From contig PS015083.1 of NCBI GenBank assembly GCA_048213135.1, positions 62,001 through 84,579 on the forward strand: DNA of 22,579 nt, written 5' to 3'. A program made the translations under genes and the position numbers. The notes below the pieces were generated by a model. The model saw nothing but the letters and a program-made list of their open reading frames with translations, was not told the DNA's origin and searched no databases. Below are positions 14,201-22,579 of this stretch, piece by piece (the first letter of the stretch is position 1; each line of letters opens with the position of its first letter). Origin of the DNA: Reclinomonas americana ATCC 50394 (taxonomy: Eukaryota).

Positions 14201-16130
14201 CATGGAGACTGCGGTTGCCGGTTTGTTGGGCGCACTTGCTGTTGGTGACGGCAAGTCTGTGTCTCACGCGATGGCGTACATGTACAGGGGTGGATTCTGG
14301 ATTGTTCCTGGCCAGGCGCCAGCTCTCAGACTACCGAATAGTTGCATCCTCGATGATACTCTTCTTCTTCACACTCTCGTACTTAAGCACGGAGGGTATT
14401 CATGGCGCATGCAGATTCAGGAAGTGGTCACTGGGCGCATCTTCAAAGTGTCTTACGGCGGCAAGCAGTTTGTCTTGAAGGTGGGCGAGCAGCTCCATTC
14501 GTGATGCGTTGGCTGGGCACTCACCCTCACTCGCAGGTGTATCCCTACACCGACAGGACATTGTTTGAGAAATCGCTGCGTGTGCTCTCCCGTATCAGGC
14601 ATCCAGGAGTCATTCAGATCCGAGGTCTATCTTGTCGCTCTTCAAAGGTTGTACTCTAGCATGCACCGTCCTCACAACCTGATCGATCCACCACTTGCGC
14701 AGGCTACTTTGTCGATGAGACCTCGCGTCAGTATTACTTGCAGATGCCATACTATTCGGGCGGCTCGCTACGGGATTGGCTGGCGACGCACACCTCGTCA
14801 ACCGTTGAGAATTATTCGGCCAAGATCGAAGGTTTGTGTGTGTGCGCGAGACGTCGTCAATTCCACAAGTCCGCCAACGTCGAATTCGTGATCGCAGTCA
14901 TGCGCAACTTGCTGAATGCCGTGTCGTTCCTCCACTCGCACGGTATGTGACAGTGGTTTGCCTGCTTATTACTCCCCCGTTGTTACTCACCAAGTGTATG
15001 CGACAGGCATTGTGCATCGAGACCTGAAACCATCAAACGTGGTGATGAGTGCACTGTCGCAGCCGGTGATCATCGATGTGGATCTTGCAAAGGACCTGTC
15101 CATGCAGGGAATGCTGTTTGGCGACGACCGCACTGTGACCGGCAGAAGCGTTGTTGTCGGCACTCACGGCTATCAGGTGCGTCTCAATGAGGTTGACGTG
15201 GGGGAACAATGATTGTGTCGTTGACTGTGAAAATTTCAGGCGCCCGAGTTGATGCGAGGAGGCAAGCACACAAAGGTAGCTTCATTTGTTGACCACATCC
15301 ATGGGTACGCTGTTTTTCCTTACCTCGCTGATTTCGTTATTGCCGCAGGCCTCGGACATGTATGCTGTTGGAATCGTCTTTCTCAAGTGTTGCCTCGGGG
15401 TGGCATTCGACCCGACCCGGCTACAGTACGTCCGTCAGACTGGCAGATACATGCTGCCCGAGTTCCCACAGCAGCTCCGTGCAATGCGGCTCCTCATTGA
15501 GGACCTCACTGCTGAGGTGGGTGGTGGCGCACCCGCTGACACCTTGCCTGTCCGCCACACGTTCTCAATATCTGTGACAGAACCCCGAGGAACGGCCGCA
15601 GGCGCACGAGCTGCTCTCGAATGCTGCGTTTGTCGTGACGGACATGCTGAGTCGGCACGGGCACTTGCGGCCTGCGTTGGAGAAGGCACATCGTCTGCAA
15701 GATGCTCTGCGTTCACTGCAGGGCCGAGTCCCTCTTCGTTCTGCTGTAGCCGATCGGCCATCAGTGCAAGTGAACAGAGCGCGGGTCGTCGATGATCTGG
15801 TTGACAAGGTTTGGAGAGTGCGCGGGGCACAGCAATCACGCTAGTGTTCGCTCTCACTCTGCGCGGCGCAGATTCAGTGCATGCCCGAGGACGACATTTT
15901 CTTGGCATGGAGCGTTGCGTTGCCGTGCATTCACAGTCGTCTTTGTGCGCACTAACCATTTGGATGCGCTGACAGTGCAAGTTTGAGGGCGAGGAGGGAG
16001 TTGACGCCGGCGGTGTGTCGAACGAGGTGCAAAGCGAGTTCTGGAGCCAGCTGGAGGAATCGACATATGTGCAACGCAATGTGGATGGCGTGTGTTTGGT
16101 GGCGACACCGGGAGGCATGCGTGCCGACAG

Positions 16131-16191
<61 letters not shown>

Positions 16192-17502
16192 GTGTAAGGT
16201 GTATGAGTTTACCCACCTGGAGACTCATCGCGCGCATGGTGTCACAGGTACCGACAGCTGTGGGTTGGTGCGTTGTGTTTGTGTGTGCCGCAGTGACGAG
16301 GAAGATAATGTGCCTCACTCGTGCTTCAGGTGTGGGCAAGATGATGGCGCGATCTCTCGCCGTGTTCAAGACGCTGCCGATCGAGTTCCACGAGTGCGTC
16401 TACGAAGCGCTGCTGGGTCGCCTACCAAGAATAGGTGACGATCATCCGGGCGGTGGCGAGTCGTTCGAGCAGCTGCTGGTGCGGGCACGACTTTTCTCCA
16501 TTCTGTTCACACCCACAGTATGTTTCGTGCTCATCGCATGCAACGTAGGAGGACACGTCTCGTACCGAGGGCTTGCTGAGCGAGCTGCTGGACTATACCG
16601 ACAGTACGTCGTCCCTCTTTACGAGAACAAAATCGATCTCTCTCGCCTCATGCTGCAATGCTGCAGGGTGGAATCCAGAGCAGGCTCGCAGTTGTCGGTC
16701 TACATTGCGCGACTGGCGGCAGGCAGTGGAACTGGTAACGCTGCCCGAGGTGTCGCTAGGCGGGCACGTTCTCGAAGTCGACAGCGACACGGCGACGGAA
16801 GGTCAGTCGTCGTGGTGTTCCACGCGCAAATTGATGCATAACTCAATGCGCACGCGCAGCTCACGTGCGAACGCACATGATGCTGTACTTGTACACGGAA
16901 CTGATTGGTGGTCGCTGGGCGGCGTTCGAAAGTCTGCACAGCGGATTCACCAGGCATGTGTGATCACAGCTTTACTTTTCGTTTGCGGGCGTGCTGACAC
17001 CCTCTCGTACTAGTGTGTGTGGCTCCGAAATGGAGTCTGCACTGAACGACATGACTGGTGCCGAGGTGCAGCTGGCGTTCCAGTGTCGGCGACACATTGA
17101 CGCTGCCATGCTGCTCAACAACACCTACTTTGTGTTTCGCGAGGGTGCTCGTCCCGAGGAGGAGCAGTGGTTCACAGCTGTGCGTTTGCGAGTTGTTTTG
17201 TCGTTGCTTTCTTCCTTTGTTGACGATCTTGCGTGCGCGGACAGATTGTGCGCCGCCTCTCGCCGACACTACTGCGTCGTCTCTTGCGCTTCGCCACGGG
17301 TCTCTCGGCGATTCCGCCTTCTGGAAATCTGGCGCAGAGAATTTCTGTCACATTCCTCGGCCCTGGGCGCAGTTCTGGAACACTGCCCTCCTCGCATACT
17401 TGTTCCTCGGTGCTCGATATGCCGCAATACGATTCAGAGGCACAAATGGAGGAGCGGCTGCTGGAGTCGATCGGTCAAGAATTCGCGCTGCTCTTTGCAT
17501 AA
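11224..17502 (+). CDS. UEV (Tsg101/Vps23-like) - Pro/Thr-rich - acidic - coiled coil - protein kinase - HECT E3 ubiquitin ligase fusion protein (multi-exon)
   Basis: UEV: YVDARRV|RDDIKLV...LVCMKGSVPY...CPLAIWIPRSYPESCPLFVVRP...WISADG...HEYLS...W.SNHGLLPMVAILRDLFSTVPPL. Kinase: FVLK, IRHPGVI, MPYYSGGSLRDWL, GIVHRDLKPSNV, IIDVDLAK, GTHGYQ|APEL, ASDMYAVG, NPEERP. HECT: KFEGEEGVDAGGVSNE, GVGKMMARSL, LRRLLRFATG, LPSSHTCSSVLDMPQY (catalytic Cys codon 17401-17403). Splice phases are consistent across the domain junctions. Stop TAA 17500-17502. Confidence 0.85.
12605..13165 (+). repeat. Coding tandem repeat, 8 units of 66-84 nt encoding (G/A)-x-x-RRPSP(P/S)-A..-poly-Thr
   Basis: RRPSP codons start at 12619, 12685, 12766, 12841, 12916, 12985, 13057, 13141; units 2-3 and 4-5 are near-identical, forming a ~150 nt higher-order duplication. 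Confidence 0.92.
13415..13483 (+). repeat. (GAC/GAT)n trinucleotide tract encoding a poly-Asp/Glu stretch
   Basis: Exon from 13406 reads APA-D(13)-EDDDEADEEHD. Confidence 0.85.
16137..16195. repeat. (GT)n microsatellite in an intron of the HECT region
   Basis: GT dinucleotide run with one interruption. Confidence 0.97.
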
Positions 17503-17585
17503 ACTAGTAATCATGTATCGCATCATCCGCCCGCGTTGCGAACAATCGCGTTCATATAACTCAACGAAAAAGCCAGGCACTACGA

Positions 17586-20500
17586 CTACACCGACGCAGA
17601 GGGACCAGCAGCAGCGGCAGAAGCAGGAGCCGGCACGAGTTGGATGCGAGAAGTCTCCGCAGCGCGCACCTGCTCGTCGGTCCAGTGCATAGGCTTCAAC
17701 CGGCCACCGAGCCAGTACTGGACTTGATCGTCGTAATGCGGGGTGCCGCGAACGCCACTCTGGCCCGTCGGCAGGATGTTCATCGAGCGGGACAAGTCGG
17801 CACAGTCGACAACCATGCGGTACGAGGGCAGGAAAATGTGTGCCAGGTAGTTATTCACGGGATCGGCGGCCGTGTTGTTCAACGTATCAGCATCCTGTGC
17901 GCGATGAGAAAATGAGACTGTGCGGTCCACTGCAGCATAACTACTCTCAACGCACTCCGCCAAGCTCGAATGGGCCACGGTTGAAGGCGCCGACCGCCGC
18001 GCCAATCGGATGCTCCATGGTGAACTGGTGCAGACGGCCCCATCGCCACTTGTTGCGGTTCGAACCTGCAGCAGCAGCACGAGTTAAGGTCGGCTACCAA
18101 CAAGTACCAGACCAGAGGGCTGACAAACACTCACCCAGCCTCCGCTTCAGCTCGTCATGTGCGTCCTGCAGCGCATGTGCCACCAGCTGCTGCTTGCCAC
18201 CCACTTGGCGCAGCAGTTCCGAGTCCTGGTCCAGTTGCAACAGTCGAACCAGAGTGTTGATCTCCGTGCCATACAACGCACCTGGTGACCGTCAGCGTGA
18301 GCAACGAGTCGTGTGTCTGGCGCGCACACATACATCCTCGTTCAACGCAACTGTCCTCCTTGATCAGGGGGAACACCAGCTTGCCGGTCATCATGTCGGT
18401 GACCTCCGGGCCGATCGTGTCCTCCAGCACATTGCGCAGCAGACGAGCTCGGAACACCTGGAGTTGAAGTGCGATTCTCACGTGAATGGCAGAGAATAAT
18501 GCACGCAAGAGGACCACACAATGAACCTGGTAAATGGCGGCGGGGGCAGATTGCGCATCCATGACGCCGTCAAAGTTCAAGAACTCCTGGAACAAGTCTC
18601 GCAACTCCTGGCTGAGGCCACTGACATCGACTTCGCGAACACTGCGTGCCAGGCAAGACGATAAGTGAGACGAGCACGAACATGGCTGGCCACTCGTCAT
18701 GCGACGCAACGCGGCCTGCAGATCCAGTGCCGCCAGCGACTTGATATCCATCTGGTGACGACGCGCGTCCTCCAGAGTGTACTTGCCACCATCTGCAGTG
18801 GTTTCCTGCAGACACAATCACGTCAGCCATACTGATTTCCAAAACACAAAGAGACGACGCACAATAATGAGATCCTTGATGCGACGCGCACGGTTGCCGT
18901 TCAGCCACAGATTGCCGAGATCGTACGGGTACGTCTCCGGATCGATGACGCGATGATTGCAGCTGATAATGTATCCTACATCAATGGGCACGGGCAGTGT
19001 GAGTCATTGCATTGCGTCCATCCGCAACCACATTAAAAGAAGCGGACCTTGCGCAGGATTCAGACAGTGCGGCATCTCGTGCTTCGGCACAAAGCCAGTC
19101 CATTCGGTGCGGCTCGTGTTGCCGGGCTGCGGGAAGCGCGGCGACACGGAGCGAATCGGCACTGCAGCCGCACGCGTGAGCGGGTAGTCGCGCGATGTGC
19201 CAACAATGCGTTAACTCACCAGCACCCGACAAGCAGTAACCAATGTTGCCGTCGACATCGGCGTAGGTAAGGTTGAGGCACACGCAGTCGAAGCCCTGTA
19301 CAAAGGCCTTGAAGCTGGCCCAGTCGTGCAGGTGCATTTGGTCGCGCAAATAGTGCACAAAGTACGGCATCGTGCCGGCCCAGCACTGGCGCTCTGCCGG
19401 CAGCTCGCTGGCGGCCACTGCATGTGCACAAGTGAGTGCGACAGCTTGTTTGGAACACCACAAAAAAAAAAGCAAACCTCGCGGGAGGGGTGGCGACAGG
19501 AACACTGCCTGCACTGCAATGGCGCGGTCAACGCTGTGCGGCGCCGACAGCACCGAGCTGATCACTGGGCCGTGATGCGACACGCGCACCGTCTGAAAAT
19601 GCGAGGCGTGCACGTGAGTCTCTCTTGAACTGTGCACAGGGGGGGAGTGTGCGTCTCCACAGACCAGCGTTTCGTCGGGCTTGCTCTTGATCTTGATCAC
19701 CTCGTGGATCACCTGGAAATCACGCCACTGTTCGTCGTACTTGTACTGCCCGTCATTCTCCGGGTTCACCTCCTCGATGAAGATGTCGGCAATGTCGGCA
19801 AAGCCGAGCGTGATGCCGTACGTGATGCGGTCGGTGTGGCCAATGGTGACGCCTGGCATGGTGGGCATGGCCACGCCTGGGGGAAGGGAGAAGGGGGAAG
19901 GGGGCAAGGAGAAGACAGAGGGAAAGAGAGAGGGACAAGGGAGAAGGGAGAGGAGGGGGGAGCAATGAGAGTATGAACTGTGACGAAAAGCACTGGTCTT
20001 CAACAAGCGTACGCACAGATACCATATGACACGCTCACACGCTCACACACTCGCACAAGACATGTTTCTTTGTCTCTCTCTCTCTCTCCCTCCCTTCCCT
20101 CCCTCCCTACAAACCAGTGACATTGATGCCAGCACTCTCGCACTTCAGGTGGAACTCCATCCAGATCGACGGCAGACCGACAGCCAAGTGCGGATCCGAC
20201 GCCAAAATGGGCTTGCCAGTGTCGGTGAGAGCGCCACTGGGGTGCGGGGGAGTTGGCGATGAGCCGCGTGCATCAAAATGTGCGACGTGCAAGTCACTGG
20301 TAGGCTCACCTGACCACCCACGAGTTGGAGCCCTGGCCCGTGGGAATGGCACGCAGCGGCTCCAGGTTCACCTCGTTGACGCCGAGCGGCAGGATGGTGG
20401 GCACATACGACGGGTGCCAGAAATCGAGCTCCTTGGCCGCCTCTTCGCCGATGCGGTCCACAATGAGCTGGTTCACCAGCGGCTCGTACCTTTGTGTGCA

Positions 20501-20898
20501 AGCATGCGTCAGTACGAGCGGGGACGCACATTGACAGGGAAAAACTCACCAGCCGTAGTTCATCTCGAACGAGATAAGACTGCACGTACGTGTAATGGAG
20601 ACGATGAGAGGCTGAACTCCATCGCGCACCAGACGCACACACACATACCGATGAATGGCTAGCAAGTCGGCGATGGTGAACGGAGCCGTGGCGATGCCGG
20701 CGAGCGTAAACTCCACCGGTCGCTTGTACGCCGCGCCGGCAATGTACGCATTGATGCCGTCGACATACGACGAGAACCAGCGTCGCGTCTCCTCATCAAT
20801 GTGCGCCGCATCCAGCAACCCATTGGCGGCAAACCGCAGCGTACGCGCCAGTCGATCGGTCGGCAGCGCCGCCTCACCAGCAAACTCGGACAAGCGAC
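17586..20898 (-). CDS. Penicillin acylase / AHL acylase family Ntn-hydrolase (peptidase S45), main body
   Basis: GRLSEFAGEAALPTDRLARTL; YVDGINAYI...PVEFTL; beta-subunit start GQG-SNSWVV|SGALTDTGKPILASDPHL (nucleophile Ser codon 20329-20327); PGVTIGH; VRVSHHGPVIS; LNLTYADVDGNIGY; PSYRMVVD; PTGQSG..GTPHYDDQ; stop at 17586-17588. Confidence 0.92.
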
Positions 20899-20961
20899 CT
20901 TTGTGTGGCACATAAGATGATCAATGCAAACTGACACACATCATGATCATGCATGCATCGT

Positions 20962-21264
20962 NNNNNNNNNNNNNNNNNNNNNNNNNNNNNNNNNNNNNNN
21001 NNNNNNNNNNNNNNNNNNNNNNNNNNNNNNNNNNNNNNNNNNNNNNNNNNNNNNNNNNNNNNNNNNNNNNNNNNNNNNNNNNNNNNNNNNNNNNNNNNNN
21101 NNNNNNNNNNNNNNNNNNNNNNNNNNNNNNNNNNNNNNNNNNNNNNNNNNNNNNNNNNNNNNNNNNNNNNNNNNNNNNNNNNNNNNNNNNNNNNNNNNNN
21201 NNNNNNNNNNNNNNNNNNNNNNNNNNNNNNNNNNNNNNNNNNNNNNNNNNNNNNNNNNNNNNNN
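20962..21264. other. Assembly gap (N run); probable breakpoint of a mis-oriented contig
   Basis: N characters; genes on the two sides do not continue into each other. Confidence 0.95.
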
Positions 21265-22112
21265 TTAGATCCCATTGCTCGCCATTGACCTGTTGTTTTG
21301 ACATGAATGAGTTGAAATGGACTGAAACTAGGCGCAGTGCGCGTCGCAGGAGACACACACCAGTGCGACGCAAGCGCTCTCGGCCAGCGACTTGGCAATG
21401 ACGCCTGCAATGTCGAGCGGAGTCGTCTTCCACGCCACGCCCGGCACCTCACGGCCCGTCGGCAGCGTAATGGTAATCGGTCGATTCTCCGCCGCCTTGG
21501 CTGTCATGATGAGATGACAGAGAGAGCAAACGAAATCGGCAGTCAGTCGCTCACGAGTCAGCAAAGAGTCAACTGACATGCAGCACACACACACACACAC
21601 CGCTGGCACGCACCTTCAATGGCCGCCTGCTGCTCGGCATACAGGCGATCAAACAGATCAATGCGGTACGGCACAAACTCGGGGATGGCAAAGTCCTCCA
21701 CGCGCTTGCCCGCCGACCCAGAGGCAGCATCCTGCACCAAGAAAGAGCACAAAAGTGAGACAAGTCAGGAGGCGCGAATCACACTCTCTTGTCTCGAATT
21801 CCTCGCGTTGACAGACCATAAAAAGAGCTCATGGAAAAAGAAAGCGAGCACACAAGAGAGAGAACACACACGCGCGCAAGTGGCACACAACCAACACGAC
21901 ACACTCAAAGAGGGTTCCGCGGTGGGGGGAGGTGCACGACAAGTGACATTTCCGAGGGCATGTGCAAACACTTTTCTCTCTCACTCGCACGCGCACTCAC
22001 GACTGACCTTGGCCGGCTTGGCGGCCTTGCCCTTGGGGCCCTTGGCCGGCTTCGGGGCAGCAGCTTCAGCAGCAGCGGGTGCAGCAGCAGCAGCAGCAGG
22101 TGCGTCACTCAT
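21265..22112 (-). CDS. TARS1: Cytosolic threonyl-tRNA synthetase, 5' part (N-terminal extension + TGS domain), cut off by the gap
   Basis: MSDAPAAAAAAPAAAEAAAPKPAKGPKGKAAKPAK|DAASGSAGKRVEDFAIPEFVPYRIDLFDRL...|AKAAENRPITITLPTGREVPGVAWKTTPLDIAGVIAKSLAESACVAL|VNGEQWDL matches the eukaryotic ThrRS pattern (PI.ITLPDG...G..WKTTP..IA..IS..LA.....A.VNG..WDL). Confidence 0.88.
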
Positions 22113-22208
22113 TCACGCAATTGAACACAAAAGTGTGTAAGAATCACAAGAAATTTCACGACCTTCATCTCCGCTCGTTCCTCGTCTTGTACGCAAACTG
22201 CAATCATC

Positions 22209-22385
22209 ATGGTGCGGCTCTCAGGCTTGTGAGAGTTCTCCTTGCACCATGTGCTTACGAGTGCGTTGTCTTCAGGGCGGACTCATTGCACGCATGATTG
22301 GTGTCTTCCGTCGCCCTCCGCAACGTGGCGACTTTGAGTGCCCCGGCATCACGCACCCCGTGCACATCTCTGTCGACGAGTTTGG

Positions 22386-22433
<48 letters not shown>

Positions 22434-22573
22434 GAGGGATATTGACGTCATGTTTCGCACAGGTGTTCCGCATATTGTGGCGGAGACCGAGGCCGACTTG
22501 CTGTTCGCGCAGGGATGGTACGTGGCGAAAGAGCGCCTCTTCCAGCTCGAGCTCATGCGCCGCTTATCGGCCG
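22209..22573 (+). CDS. First three exons of a penicillin acylase (S45) gene; N-terminus of the gene at 17586-20898
   Basis: MVRLSGL|GGLIARMIGVFRRPPQRGDFECPGITHPVHISVDEFG|VPHIVAETEADLLFAQGWYVAKERLFQLELMRRLSA-g| is the S45 alpha-subunit start; phase-1 donor at 22574. Confidence 0.88.
22390..22430. repeat. (CT)n microsatellite in an acylase intron
   Basis: Perfect CT run. Confidence 0.95.
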
Positions 22574-22579
22574 GTGCGT

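Noticed and set aside
17586-22112. Apparent ThrRS TGS domain-penicillin acylase fusion on the - strand
   Set aside because: The join falls in an N-gap and the acylase's own N-terminal exons are present on the + strand at 22209-22573; best explained by contig inversion.

Overview
Eukaryotic, gene-dense, intron-rich (mostly ~50-100 nt GT-AG introns) protist-like scaffold with two N-gaps. Splicing by eye gives six genes: (1) the 3' part of a + strand multi-TM protein with three PAS domains (two FixL-like with the heme His) and a class III cyclase domain lacking both metal-binding Asp residues; (2) a small - strand Rogdi/Rav2-like gene not recovered as a single ORF in the track, apparently frameshifted and truncated; (3) a + strand type-B carboxylesterase with signal peptide and C-terminal TM helix; (4) a + strand fusion of Tsg101-like UEV, Pro/Thr-rich region (four P(S/T)AP motifs, eight RRPSP repeats), acidic tract, coiled coil, atypical protein kinase and HECT E3 ligase; (5) a bacterial-type S45 penicillin/AHL acylase whose body is on the - strand and whose first exons are on the + strand beyond the second gap, which points to an inverted contig; (6) the 5' end of cytosolic threonyl-tRNA synthetase, head-to-head with the acylase start. 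All exon models are manual and unverified by transcripts.
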